64,000 nucleotides of DNA from Eukaryota sp. TZLM1-RC (lineage: Eukaryota > Protista > Metamonada: BaSk clade), in assembly GCA_040285825.1 (NCBI GenBank), contig JAUPSS010000002.1, forward strand, positions 1,178,001-1,242,000, read 5' to 3'. Of this stretch, positions 13,486-26,499 are shown piece by piece. Position 1 is the first letter of the stretch. Each line of letters opens with the position of its first letter. Below the pieces are notes generated by a model. The model made no database searches. It saw only the letters and a list, made by a program, of their open reading frames with translations, and had not been told where the DNA came from. A program made the translations under genes and the position numbers.

Positions 13486-14180
13486 TTGACAGTTTTTTAT
13501 TCCTGGAACAGTCACATTTTAAACTCAACCAAAAACCTTAACTAATGCTTTTATCAACTCAAAACCCCATTAATTGAATGACGGGAGATTTTCGCTATTC
13601 ACTTGATAGCAACTCGCTTGTTTCAAAACTCTGTAATGTTATTCAAAATGGAGTTAATAAAACGAGGAAGAGCTTTCAATAACGAAAATACAATTCTGTT
13701 CTTCCAAATCAAAAAAATCAAATGTACGACGACTTTGAGAAGATTTGCTAAATCACCTAAATAATCAAGACCTTCAGTTCCAATGGTACCAATCATTTGA
13801 AATAGCAATTGGGACAAATTTGATGTTTCTGCCTCTTGCTCCATTGAGACGTTGTAGAAGGGCTTCATATTTTGATTTCTTGGAAAGCTCTGCAACTGTG
13901 AGTAAATGTTGAACGTCAGAATTGGAGCTTCTTTTCCACAGAGATATGGTAGTACAATCGACAATAAGTTTAGTTCCATCATACCGTGCACATTGAATAT
14001 CACCTCGTTTTTGGCTCAAACTGAAATTTATATCATCAATCAGAGGTGTTAAACGAACTGGATGTGAGCAAATACAATCACGAACAGCATTGCGGATAAT
14101 TGACCTTTTTCGAATGAATTTACAACAGGAAATAATGTGACCAAAAGAAGCATAAGCACCAATTACATTTCATATTTGAT
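13486..14180 (-). mobile_element. Truncated RLE non-LTR element (subfamily Z)
   Basis: CAYASFGHIISCCKF, KRGDIQ..VDCT RLE motifs; tail 13486-13625 duplicated at 34776-34915. Confidence 0.78.
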
Positions 14181-14264
14181 AAGCATTGAGGAGGAAGTAG
14201 ACTCGAAATTAGAATTTTGATTGAAGTTCCCAATAAATGTTGCAGATTTCTTTTCTTTTTCACA

Positions 14265-14747
14265 ATGTCCAAACGAGGTAGGTCTATCCCCACTATCTTT
14301 TAATTTAAGGAAGAGGTGGTGCTACCGGTGCTAAGTTCCGTATGACCCTCGGTCTCAATGCTGGTGCTCTCATTAACTGTGCTGATAACTCTGGTGCCAA
14401 GAACCTTTACATCATTGCCGTCAACGGTACCACTGGTAGACTCAACAGACTTCCCAGAGCTGGTGTCGGTAATCTTGTTTTAGCCACTGTCAAGAAAGGT
14501 AAGCCCGATCTTAGAAAAAAGAGTTTGTCACGCTGTTTCCCTCACTGTAGCCACTCCTGCTGTTGTTGTTAGACAACGTGCCACGTGGAGAAGACGCAAT
14601 GGTGTATTTATCGGAATGGAAGACAATGCTGGAGTTATTGTCAATCAAAAAGGTGAAATGAAGGGGTCTGCAGTTACTGGACCAGTTGCCAAGGAGTGTG
14701 CCGAAATCTGGCCTCGTATTGCCTCTGCATCCAGTTGTATTGTTTAA
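14265..14747 (+). CDS. RPL23: 60S ribosomal protein uL14 (L23); introns 14278-14309 and 14523-14550
   Basis: Spliced: [86 protein letters not shown]. Confidence 0.97.
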
Positions 14748-15694
14748 ATTCAGCCTAGTTTTTTGATAGTGTTTAGCATCAGTCACATGAAGTGTTTGTC
14801 TATTTTTGGTCTCCACAACCAATGTTCTGTTATAAATTTCAACGGTCATTGTACTATAATTAATTACCATATTTTAATTTTTAAAAGTTTTGTTTTATGT
14901 TTATCATCAGGAATATGACTGAACTTAAAAAAATGACTGAGCTCGTAAATCAAAACTGTTTTACGATAGAATATAAGAAGCTAATACAGATAAGGATTCT
15001 GTAAACATAATCAAGTTCGATATATTTTGTCCCATTAGTGTTCCCTGCGCTTTGGTGGTTAAGTGTTTACTTTGAATAAATAATTGTACTGTGCCTGAAA
15101 TAATTCTTTCGAAAATGTAACTTCTTAACGAACTAAAATAATAATAATACATTGTTTTTAATATCGACCTCTGATATTAGAAGGTCAAAAGAAGCATCCT
15201 TCGAGGTTAAAAAAGGTGAAGAAAAGTCGCAACCATTTGCATCTGGATAGCCAAGACACATTTTCAAATCTTAAAGTTGTGTTTATCAACCAAAGTGAAT
15301 AAATTAAATGTAGTTTTATTGACTCACACATTACATACAATTTGAGTGGAAGTTAAAGTTGCTTCAAGACTTCCTGTTATAGGGGACATAAATCAAAAGA
15401 ATGAAAGACCAATCGTGCCAAGTAATAGTCATTGAAATGGATGTGGACTAAGAAACGAAACAATGCTCAAGCGATTACACAATTGAGAATAAAACCAGTT
15501 ATAACCTGTTTGCAAAACATAAATATGTTCTCAAAATCATTGCTTCCAGTAGGAAACAGTAACTCCTAACATCTAACTGAGTTTGAGGAACAGAAAGACT
15601 GATCATAATGACGTAAGATGAATATGTGGTGAGGAATGTTCAATCGACCTCGAAATGAAATTATCAGCACCTTCTTCTCTTTTTTCCATTTCTA

Positions 15695-16287
15695 ATGAGG
15701 CCCGTCAAGGTTGAAGATTTTGTCAAAATCCCCAAGGGAGGTTTGTGTGACATTATACCTTAACACTAGTCACTATTACAGTAAAGAGCCGCAAAGTCGT
15801 TGTCACTGGACCTCGCGGTACCCTGAGTCGCGATTTCACCCACCAAACTTTCGACATGGCTGTGGAGCGCGATCGTCTCCGTGTCACGTGCTATTTCGGT
15901 AACAAGAAGAAGTTGGCTGCTATTCGCTCAACTTGTTCTCATATCAAGAACATGATTATTGGTGTCACCCGTGGCTTCAAATATACTATGCGTGCTGCTT
16001 ATGCTCATTTCCCCATCTCAATTGTGATTGCTGATGACAACAAGTCTCTTGAGGTCAAAAATTTTATCGGAGAACGTTATACCCGTGTCTGTAAAATGCT
16101 TGATGGAGTTACTTGCCATCGCTCTGAAAACAAAGACGAAATCTATCTCCAAGGTAACGACTTAGAAAATGTGTCTTTATCTGCTGCCACTATTCAAGAG
16201 TCCGCCAAGGCAAAGGACAAGGATATCAGAAAGTTTTTGGACGGTGTTTATGTTTCTGAACGTGGACATGTCGAAGAAGAAGAGTAA
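15695..16287 (+). CDS. RPL9: 60S ribosomal protein uL6 (L9); intron 15741-15769
   Basis: Spliced: MRPVKVEDFVKIPKGVTITVKSRKVVVTGPRGTL..YAHFPI..KDIRKFLDGVYV. Confidence 0.97.
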
Positions 16288-16574
16288 TCTTGCTTTAGTT
16301 TTGTGGAATGTTCCAATGGTTCTTGATTGGGTTCTATCATTGTCAATAGTTTTAAATAAACCGCACATCGGGCAAGGGTGTTTTATTACCAAAATAAATG
16401 AAACAGATGCTAACGTATTAATTACTTCCTTGGTCAATTGTGATAGGATCGAGACTGCATTTCTTTCTTTACTAAAACAAGCTTTTGGAGAGTGATATTT
16501 TTGAAATAATCACTTGTAACTGAACTATAACACTCAATAAAATTAAATCAGAACTGACGGGACTAAATATTTTT

Positions 16575-17425
16575 AATTTATTGAATTTGCACACTTGATT
16601 AAATTAAATCATAACTAATGGGACGACTATCATTAAACCAAGATTTCATCTACAAAATCTTGATTTGCTTGCTGTCTAGCTAAAGCTTCTCTAATTCGAT
16701 TGAAAAACCGCGGTAATCTATTAATAATGGCAAATTGAATCCGTGAACGCCATAAAAAAATATCAAATCTTTTCATTGTTTTTTCTTTCACCATTTTTTG
16801 GAAGTCATCCAAAAAAGTTTCTGCTTCAACTGATAATCTTCCATTTATCGAAAATGGGAAAGCAATAAAAACCAGCTGTGTATTTCTATCGATATTTGCA
16901 TCTTCAATTTCTTTATCATATTTTCTATGTTTTCCTTTTGCTTTAAAATCCAGAGCAGCCACAGGATTAAGTTTTCTTCTGTGAACCAAAGTATCGTTTG
17001 CAACATTACATGAGACAAAGTCAACAATAGCTTCAGAATTATCAATCCAATCACAGTATACATCACCTCTATCATCAGAACCAAAATTATTCAGAGAAAG
17101 TGTTTCTTTCAGCAGGGGCTCTTTGATACACGATATCCTTGCAGTTTGTGCCATATTGAAAACAGTGTCTCTAACAGCATCATGTAATGAAGAACGATAA
17201 GTTATCAATTTAGAGCAATTTAGAGCATGGTGCAAAGTGAGTTGAGGTGAATTCGAACAAATACATTTTTCTTTTGATAATAATTGGTTAATGGGGATGT
17301 TCAAATATAATCTCATTTTTGTTACAAATGCTTCATTAGTAGCACACAATCCAAATCTTCGTGGTACAATGGTTACAAAAAGTGAAGAATCTGACACCTT
17401 GTTTTCACAAACACCCTTTTCCTTT
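16575..17425 (-). mobile_element. 5'-truncated CRE-like element (subfamily X) with open zinc-RLE frame
   Basis: ORF 16633..17442 is the uninterrupted version of the X C-terminus; its 3' UTR matches 9508-9560. Confidence 0.88.
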
Positions 17426-17524
17426 TTATTGACTAAATTCAATGAACCAAGTTCCCTCTACAAAATCTTGATCTGCTTGTTTTCTTGTCATTGCTTCTTT
17501 TATTCGATAAAAGAAATGAGTTCT

Positions 17525-18110
17525 TCATAATGCCGTTCTTGATGTGACATATGAGATGTTCAAGTGTTACAATTTTAGTTGCAAAGTAGAACCGTTGTTG
17601 AAGCATTATAGCGATAATAATCTGTTTAATTCACGTCGAGGTGATTTAATTGCTCCTTTTGTGGATTCCTCTCAAGTTGTTGTTGATTTCACTACAGTTG
17701 ATCCCTGTGCTTTTATTTATCGTGATGATGTTATACTTAGTGCTAATGGTCATTTAAACAAGGCTGAAGATCGTAAAAGAGATAAATATACTGAGATATT
17801 AAATGATTTAAATAAGAATCTTTACTCGAAGTTTTCGTTTGTTCCTTTTGCCTTTTCGATTTTTGGCAACATTGGACAGTCCGCGTTGAATATTATCAAT
17901 GATATTGGTAATTTATGTCGTTCAAGCGGTAAGAATTTTACAGGGAATTTATGGAAGAATCGTATCATTTTCGCTGTGTACAGAAGTGTTCCCAAGTACT
18001 TGAGTTTAATGTTGTCCAAGCGGTATAAGGATTCATCAAGAGTTGGCGTGGAGAATTTTGTTTCTTATGTGTTGTAGTTTGTTTTGTTATGATTTGTTAC
18101 TTTTTTTTAA
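17525..18110 (+). mobile_element. 5'-truncated RLE element (subfamily V)
   Basis: HNAV..VEP..RRGDL..VVDFTTVDP..KRDKY (PD-D/ExK-like RLE). Confidence 0.82.
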
Positions 18111-18501
18111 TAATAAAATAAGTAAAAAAAAGAAATGAGGTAATCTATCAATTATCGCCAATTGAATTCCCAACTGCCACAAAAAGACATCAAATCTCTT
18201 CATTGTTTTTTCTTGAACCTATTTATGGAAATCATTCAAAAAAATTCCTGTTTCTACTGATTGTCTTCCATTAATAGAAAATGGAAAAGCAATAAATAAT
18301 TTTTTGAAATGGAATTCAACATCTACTAAAATTCAACACTGGATTAAACTCTTATACTTCTCACCAGCTGGTATGTTGATACAGTGAGCTATAAGATAGT
18401 ACAGGTTCTGTTTTGGCATGAAGTAAGGAAATGAAAGCTCTTTTGAATTGATTCAACAGTTTATTGAAATCTTTTCAAATATATTTGGTCATTTCTTCTT
18501 C

Positions 18502-19569
18502 ATGTCTCAAAATCAGTTTGAACAAGAAGCTCTACATTACCTCGATGATAAACAGATCGACACCCTGCTTTCTCAAATGCTTCATGCCATCAGCACTGAA
18601 CAGCCACAAGATATTTCGACATTTCTTCTAAATTATTTAGAATCTCACGCTACAACTGATGAAGTTCAAAGTGTACGTGAAATGGAACAATTCATAGAAC
18701 CTCCCAAACCTCGATCTCGTCGAAACGCAGTTTCGGCACCTGTTGAAGATGAAGCGTCACTTTCATTGATGACCTCCACCCCTAAAACTGAAGAAGAAAA
18801 GGCGATGCTCAAAGATGTCTTGCAGCGCAATATGCTCTTTCAACACGTTGGGGATCAAGAACGTAACGTCCTCTTTGATTATATGCAATACAAAACCTTT
18901 CAACCAAATGAGGTCATTATACGCCAAGGAGAAGCTGGTGACGAATTTTACATTGTGTACACTGGAACCTGTGAGGTTTACATAAATGAAAATGGAGAAG
19001 AGAAGAGAGTATCTACTATACATGCAGGTGGATCTTTTGGAGAACTTGCCCTTATGTATGGTACTCCTCGAGCTGCCACCGTTACTGCCTCATCAGTAGT
19101 TAAGGCTTTTTCCCTTGCCGGCAGCATTTACAGATCAATTCTTATGGACGCTTCTATTAAAAGAAGAGCCGAATATGAGGACTTTCTACGCAATGTTCCC
19201 ATTCTTGCTAACCTCACTGACTGGGAAAGGGCCCAGTTGGCTGATGCTTTTGAAATAAAGGAGTACCATGATGAGGATATTGTGAAGGAAGGGGATTATG
19301 GCGATTCCTTTTTTGTGATAAAGGAAGGCTCTTGCAGGGTCACCAAACTCGTTAATGGACGTTCTCAAGTAGTGGGAGAGCTCACCACTTCTCAATTCTT
19401 TGGAGAGATTGCTTTGATGTATAATAGACCAAGAGCTGCCACTGTAACTGCAATTGGCAGGGTTTTGGTTTTAAAGCTAGATAGGTCTTTATTTGATTTA
19501 ATAGTGGGTCCTTGTGAAGATATATTGAAGCGGAATTTGGATGATTACATGTTATATTCAAACAAATAG
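18502..19569 (+). CDS. cAMP-dependent protein kinase regulatory subunit
   Basis: N-terminal D/D-like helices, inhibitor site RRNAVSA, two cNMP domains (FGELALMYGTPRAAT, FGEIALMYNRPRAAT); ATG at 18502. Confidence 0.96.
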   Translation: MSQNQFEQEALHYLDDKQIDTLLSQMLHAISTEQPQDISTFLLNYLESHATTDEVQSVREMEQFIEPPKPRSRRNAVSAPVEDEASLSLMTSTPKTEEEKAMLKDVLQRNMLFQHVGDQERNVLFDYMQYKTFQPNEVIIRQGEAGDEFYIVYTGTCEVYINENGEEKRVSTIHAGGSFGELALMYGTPRAATVTASSVVKAFSLAGSIYRSILMDASIKRRAEYEDFLRNVPILANLTDWERAQLADAFEIKEYHDEDIVKEGDYGDSFFVIKEGSCRVTKLVNGRSQVVGELTTSQFFGEIALMYNRPRAATVTAIGRVLVLKLDRSLFDLIVGPCEDILKRNLDDYMLYSNK

Positions 19570-19692
19570 TCTATTTTGGTATTGGTGTAAAAAATGTATA
19601 ATTACAATACCATTATGTTAATTTATAAAAAACAACAAGATTTAAAAGTGGAAAAAAATAAAAGTAAAGGTTATGATGAAAAGAATCAACGA

Positions 19693-20361
19693 TTAACTCA
19701 TCTTTAGAGTCAAAACATCTAAAATTGTACATGCAAGATCTTCATCGTTTGGACTAATGGTAATCTGTTGTTCAGGATTTTGAATTTGAAAAGTCACAGC
19801 TCTAGCAACTCTCAAAACTCGATCAAAATCTGTTTCTCTTATTAAGAAATGCGCCCTGTGTGAAGAGAGACAGGAGAGGAGCACTGTGTATAGAGAGGAC
19901 AGTTCTTCCAAGGGAATATCAAGATTTTCCAGGTTGAACAGGGGAAGATCTCGGTCTAAAAAGAATCCAATATGCCGAAGTAAATGTAACTCTGCCTGTC
20001 CGACCCTATCCCTGACAAGATCATAGTACGTTTGAGAAGAATTGACTTCTACGTTACCAAGTGCAAGTTCACTTGGGTTTGCGGTTGATGAGTCTGGAAC
20101 TAGTATCGTGCATAACGCAATGGCAATGTGACGAACTCCATGTCCCTCCTCAACATGCTTACAAGCTAGTAAAATACACGCTGCAACCATAACTTCATGA
20201 GTAATTATGTCATCAGGAATCCAGCCTGCAGCAAGAATGTCAGCAAAGTAACATAAAGAGAGAGGAACTACAGTGGCCGACACATGCAATCTCCTGCAAA
20301 TGTCGCAAAGAATAGTAGCGAAAAGGTCAAAGTCATTTTGTTCAAGTAAGGATGGTGTCAT
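19693..20361 (-). CDS. Cyclin-box protein (transcriptional cyclin-like)
   Basis: AACILLACKHVEE and ELHLLRHIGF cyclin-box motifs. Confidence 0.75.
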   Translation of the reverse strand: MTPSLLEQNDFDLFATILCDICRRLHVSATVVPLSLCYFADILAAGWIPDDIITHEVMVAACILLACKHVEEGHGVRHIAIALCTILVPDSSTANPSELALGNVEVNSSQTYYDLVRDRVGQAELHLLRHIGFFLDRDLPLFNLENLDIPLEELSSLYTVLLSCLSSHRAHFLIRETDFDRVLRVARAVTFQIQNPEQQITISPNDEDLACTILDVLTLKMS

Positions 20362-20481
20362 GAATCATAGCACTACCGGACTCTATTGTACCCCAAGAAC
20401 ACCAAAGAAGTTGTGATGTGAGGTCAGGTATTTGTTTCCAAAAGTCAATTTAAATACTGTGAACCAACTACAACTTAAATA

Positions 20482-22837
20482 CTGTGAATTTCACTTATCA
20501 TACATTCCCCTGTGAAATTCACTCCTGTTTTGAACTTTCTCAATGTCTACTCACAGGCTGTAAGAGACATGTAGCATCATTTAACAAAGACAATCATGAT
20601 CTTCATCAATGGGCTACCTCACTTAAATACACCTACTGCTTTCACAGAACAAAGCCTTGCAACTTGATGTATCTAAGTGGATCTACCAAATGCTACTAAG
20701 GTATTTGTAGATCGGTCTCAAAAGTTTTTCCAAAAAAATCAAAATAAAATATCAGTTTTTCCAAAGTTTTTGTTCCTGTATGTTCAGGTTCCCAATTCAT
20801 TTCCTCAACAGAGCATCTGGGCAAATGTATCTTTCCGGCCACAATTCCGCTTTCTTCTTAATTTGAATATTTTTTGCAGTGAAATATCTCTGTCATATAC
20901 TGTTTGACACTCAGTGCAAATACGCATTTGCCATGAGCCTGCTTAAATATTCTCGGCCATGCAACAATTTGACAGTATGCTTGTATTAAATTCACTGGTT
21001 GAGAAGCTTCACGTCCTTTTGATAACACAACCATTTTCTGAAAGCCCGTGCTGATCCATATTGATTGACGTTTCGGCAATGAGAAGGGAAATTAGCAGAA
21101 CTTACAGCAAGATAGAGTTTTCGATATATCCAGCCAGTCTTTGAAATTTGTTGAGACTCTCTCAAAACCGCGGTTATCAAATTTAATTATTTTCCATTTC
21201 TGGCGATTACTTTCCAAATACACGTCTTTCCTGACCAAATTCCAATGATTCAAATATTATTTGGGAGAGTGTTTACTGGGTGAAGTTTTTTTCATGTATC
21301 TTCTGCCAGTTGGATAACTCCACATTGATTATCATTTAAGAAGTAACCACATAATCTAGATTGGCCCAGATCAACGCCGATAACGGGCCCTTCAGGTAAA
21401 ATTTCGACTGGATGTCTACGTCTTCGACGGGGCATTTTTTTAGTGCCCTTCAATTGTGTTTCTCTGGTTTTGTTAGCATCATGTTCACTTTTCATTTCTT
21501 TTTTAATCTTTGTTTCTTTTTTGGTGGTTCATCCAGCTCATCTGTGTTTTTTGAGTCATTGTTTTTACCTTCAAAGGTCAAAAGCAGTTCATTACAATTA
21601 GTTTTCAGTAAAAAAATTTTAAATTTATTTTTCAAACTTTTTCTGTTGATATTAACTTTTTGGTAAGGACATGATTTGGATATTCGATTCAGACAAGTAT
21701 TTTTGATGTAAGATGATCCTTCAATAAGTGGAAATTTTTTCACAGAGTGGATAACATGTGAAGGAACCTCAAGAATTTTAGAATCTTTAAGAGAAGCTAA
21801 AGGTATTATTCTAAATTTCTTCCAGCAATGCATTTGAGAAAACAAGGTGAGTAAGTATTGTGAAATTTTAAGATTAAAGAGAAAAGCTTACCAATTCCCT
21901 TTGATGAAACGGTAATTTTATCATGTGAAGACAGTAGAGAAGCAGTGACAGGAAATCTTTGAGGTAGATGCAAGATAAACTTACATACATTTAATAAAAA
22001 GAATCTTTCTCTTGAATTATTCAGATTGAAATTGATCTAGTGTTCGAGAACAGAACAACTACTTTTTCGAGTTGCTCACCTTCTGTTATTACACTAGCGT
22101 CTAGAGGTGCCAGGGTTCATCTGGTTTAAGAGAGAAAAGATAATTGGTAAAGAAATTTGTTTTATCCAGGGCTCTGCGATGAACACGAATGAAATTTTTT
22201 GTCCAGGATTGAGAAATTTTAGGTAAACTTGTTTTAACGTTAGAAGAGCCCGACAAGTAAGGTAAGGAGAAAGCCCTTTCCGATAAATAAAATTACATCT
22301 GTGGGACTGCAGCCAAGCATTGAAGAAAATATTAAATGAATTTTATAAGGAATTAGAGAATTTTCCCATGAAGAAACAAGAGACCTATCTTGTGGGCATT
22401 CACGAATCCACTGTGAAAGATATGCAGTAATTGGCGTTGTCCTTTGCATGTGGTTGGCTTTGGAAAAGAACCAGTGGTGATGACGGTCATAAAAAGATAC
22501 CATACATCTTGTTCCACTAAAGCTCTAGATGCTAACGGAAAATTTAGAAGAAAAGATTGCGGCAATAAAGAAGCTTCATGACAATTCTCGTTGACCAAAA
22601 GAAGGCCAGTCCGAATTTGTTGCACTGCTACAGGGGTCAGTAGCGAGTTAAAAGCACAAGACCGAGTGAATACACTTGACACAAAGGGGGTGTCTGACAT
22701 GTAGTGAAAATAAAGAGCTCATCTTTCAAATTTTATATTTGTCACCCCATTTTCGACTTCTGGTTGTCTGTTCTGGGAGGTCTTTAACCCTCAACTTGGT
22801 TTTGGGAGGTTTTCGCTATTCCCACACTTTTCCCTCA
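20482..22837 (-). mobile_element. Fanzor/TnpB-like element, degenerate copy B
   Basis: Inverted homologue of 29778-32218; IGVDLGQSRL RuvC-I, CTEC..DRD; several frameshifts. Confidence 0.85.
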
Positions 22838-22839
22838 AG

Positions 22840-23700
22840 AGGTAATAAAGCAGAAAATAATAAGGGGACAACAGCTTTTAAACTTGGAAACACAATTCTG
22901 TTCTGCCAAAACATTTTGTCAAAAACTCTTCCTGTACGTTATTTCACAGTTTCAACCAAATCATCCAAGGAAGATAAAGCAAGTGGTCGAAGCGTGCCAT
23001 GTAAGGAAAAAGCAAATGGACATAGGACATAATGAGTGTGAGATTTAGTATTCAAGGATAGCAACAGTGCTCTATATTTATCAATTTTAGAATTTTTGGT
23101 TACAGACAGTGGGTTGTTGTATTTTGACTGAGCTAATGGTATGAAAGAATTAATACACACATCAGTAATGATAGTCGTCCCTTTAAGCATTAAATCACCT
23201 CCATTTCGACCATCAGAATTCAAAGTACCTTCATCAACCAAACGAAGGAGTAAAGTTCTCAATAGGAAACAATTTTGTGTGACTTTGACATACAATAGAG
23301 TTGATCACAAACTGCATCATGGACTTTTGATCGGAAAGTAATAAAGTGTTTACAAATAAAAAGATGATTTGGAGAAATTTTTGATCCACATTTGAATATC
23401 AAATTGTGAGGCACGTTATCAGGCCATAAGAAACATCGACAGCGCATTGTACAAGAAAATTCGGTATCATCCAAAAGTAGACCATAAATTTCAGGAATTT
23501 GAGTAATTAAACACGATGTGGAACTGTTTTGAGCATCTAACAGAAAATTCGCAAAAGCGGGATCATCATTTTTGGCCAAGCCTAGTCGAACATTAAAATC
23601 CAAGCTTTCAAAAATCATTGTTAAATTTTGTTGTAATTTCCTTACACAATACCTCAAATCAACTAGTGTTCTAGGTGGTATTTCCTGTACATTATCGGGA
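22840..23700 (-). mobile_element. Truncated RLE non-LTR element (subfamily T)
   Basis: KCG..HLFIC..HDAVCDQL, GGDLM..TDV..KIDKY..PFAFSLHG. Confidence 0.75.
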
Positions 23701-23929
23701 AAGGTTTACTTCAAATCTCAGGGAACAAACAATCAAGGGCATTTTCAAGCTCTCTTGAACAATTATTACTCGTAGAATTCAGTAAATCAACATCATTTGG
23801 AAAGCGGTTGCATAATTCAAAACCAAAATTTTTCCCACCACCAAGGAAAGCAGCTGGACGGAGAATAGACCATTTTGGGAAATTAATTCCACCAAAATTA
23901 GATTAACTAAAATAACGATAATTAAGAAC

Positions 23930-24320
23930 TGAAGGGACTAAATTCAATGAACCCAGATTTCCTCTGCACAATCCTGATCTGCTTGTTTTCTCGCCATTGT
24001 TTCTCTTATTCGATGAAAGAACCGAGGCAGTCTTAATTATGGTGAATTGAATTCGTGACCGCCACAAAAGGACATCAAATCTCTTCGTTGTTTTTTCCTG
24101 AACCAATTTTTGGAAATGATTCTCAAAAATTCCTGCTACTACTGATAGTCTTTCATTTGTAGAAAATGTCAAAGCAATGGAAATCAGTGGTCTGTTTATA
24201 TCATCATTAGCTTCTTCGATACCTTTGTCTAATTTTCTTTGTTTTTCTTCTGCATTGCATTCAACATTATCAACAGGATTATGTGTCCTTCTTTGAACCA
24301 AATTGTCATTGCAACAAATA
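23930..24320 (-). mobile_element. Diverged subfamily X 3' fragment
   Basis: KRFDVLLWRSRIQF; similar short remnants at 17430-17520, 18130-18300 and 59335-59380. Confidence 0.75.
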
Positions 24321-25077
24321 TAAATAGAATGTTCTTTCTTATTTTTTCAAAAAGTAGTTGTTTGAAACGACTAAAGGTACAATTACCATCGAAATTGGAC
24401 TCATTCAAGACGAATTCCCCAAAACTGAATCTACACTAAACGGTGTAATCAGTCTTCTCCAGACTTCTACATCGACTTTTGCTAATGATCGTGACCAAGG
24501 TAGTGCAAAATAATTGTTGTTCTTACGTTAAGAATTCTCAACACTTCCAATGTGATTGAAATGAAAAAGGAAATTTCAAAAACACAAGGAATTATGGGGA
24601 GACAAAAAAGAATTTAATGAATTACTTGCGGTCATTTAGAGCAATCGCAAGTTACAATACAACGTTTACTATTTCAAAAGATATTCAAATTGTTTGACAT
24701 TCCTGAAAACAGTAATGTTTTTGAAGGAACAAATGTCTTGATTGAAGACAATGATTGATTGTCTTGATTGATTGATTTTCCATTTTTCGAAATCTAAAAA
24801 TCAGAATTTCAATGATGAAACTAGTGTGATTCCTATTATTTGAACAATGCTGACTAGAGTTGTAATTAAATCAAAAACTGTATGTGTTCAATTCTGTGGT
24901 TCTTGAAGGTTCATGTTGACCTATGGATATTCTCACCACAATAACGTCACGATCAAAACACAAAGTACACGTGTACCATTTGACTGTGAATAATTTTGAC
25001 TGGTGCTGATCAATTACAACATTACAATAAAATACATTTACAAAATAATAAAAACCAAAAAACTAAAATCTCAAAAG

Positions 25078-25908
25078 CTAACTCCTATTCAAATGAACCT
25101 TTTCAAACCAATCCAATTGTCCCTGACAGTATTCCACTTCTTTATGTTTTTCCCTGCCTTTCTGCAACTTCCGGCAAGTTTCCATTAACCTCTCTGTCTG
25201 CTCAAGTTTCTTTCTCAACTTGGGGGAATCGACATAGACAAGCTTCTGGGGGCATTGTTGAATAAACTGCCTGCACCTCTCAATTTCATTTTCGTCAGTA
25301 CTATTGCTTGATAATCTATCCATTGTTGATTTGAACTGCTCTAGGTATTGTGGAGAGGGCCGTGCTTTAGATCGGGTGGTAGAAACAAGCCGACCAGAGG
25401 ATAAAAGACTAGATCCAATAGGTAGTCGTGGAACATCCTTGACAGGAGAAACGATATGGCTAACTTCAGAGGGAACCCTACAGTGATGGTGACGTTGCCA
25501 TGAACGTGACCCTCGTGGTGAATGACGGTTTGATTGAACAGGAGATTTGATTGTGACTTGGGTGTATTGCTTCTTGACTGGTGACTTTGAGTAAGGGGTT
25601 GAGCAGTACTCTTCCATTTTGATACGTTGCTGACTGCGCTTCCTAAGTGCTTCAGCTGTTTGTGAGCGACGTTCTTGAATCTTCTGGACATTTTTCAATT
25701 CATTTTCTTGTTCAGTCAGCTTTTCAGTAGCAATAGTGTGTAGAAAGTGTTGATCTAATAGAGGTTGATCAAGAAGACGAGAAGTAAAAGGTGATTTAAG
25801 AGACTCATTGTTCCATGAATGGTCCCGTGTGGAGTAAAATGATTGGGTTTTAAGAAAGTGGCCTTCTAGATTGGGAAGATCTACCATGTGTTGACTGAAA
25901 GGGAGCAC
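25078..25908 (-). CDS. Hypothetical protein (basic, SP-rich, coiled segments); start uncertain
   Basis: 276-codon ORF with host-gene-like composition; non-ATG start in the track, so an upstream exon or a later ATG is likely. Confidence 0.6.
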   Translation of the reverse strand: MLPFSQHMVDLPNLEGHFLKTQSFYSTRDHSWNNESLKSPFTSRLLDQPLLDQHFLHTIATEKLTEQENELKNVQKIQERRSQTAEALRKRSQQRIKMEEYCSTPYSKSPVKKQYTQVTIKSPVQSNRHSPRGSRSWQRHHHCRVPSEVSHIVSPVKDVPRLPIGSSLLSSGRLVSTTRSKARPSPQYLEQFKSTMDRLSSNSTDENEIERCRQFIQQCPQKLVYVDSPKLRKKLEQTERLMETCRKLQKGREKHKEVEYCQGQLDWFEKVHLNRS

Positions 25909-26499
25909 GAGGGTCCTATATAGAAGTAATGGGACAAACTCAACTTAAAACATTGAGAAGTAATCATTAAATTTGCAAGTCTCAAAATGTTGATCTGAAA
26001 ATGATTGAATTAATCGATTAAACAGCAATTGGATACAAGAATATTTCGTTTGTTGGTTTGGAATTTGTTTATGGGTATTATATACGCCTTCTTGACTTAA
26101 ACCCAAATGATGATCTATTTTTAAAATTGATACACCATTATTTCGCATTTCTTATGCTCACATCTCCAAGTGAGGCGTGAAGTTCACTTAAGGGAATAAC
26201 AAAAAATTATTTGCAAAATCCTCGATGTGTACCATTGTTTGAATTTTATCACCAACATTTTAAAGACAAACTTGTCCCAAAAGTTCTTTCAAAAAATGAA
26301 TAGGCAATACTTTATTATACCTAATTGAAAAATTGATTGTCAATGTCAAAATAATACTCACCACGATGGTCCTGTTTGCCCAATATAAGAACTGGTGAAA
26401 GGAGTAATTTTAATTCAATAAGAATGGACTTAAAACAGTACAAAGTGACTGTAAAAGAATTCAAGGTTAAAGAAAAACCCTGAAATTAATCATTCTCAA

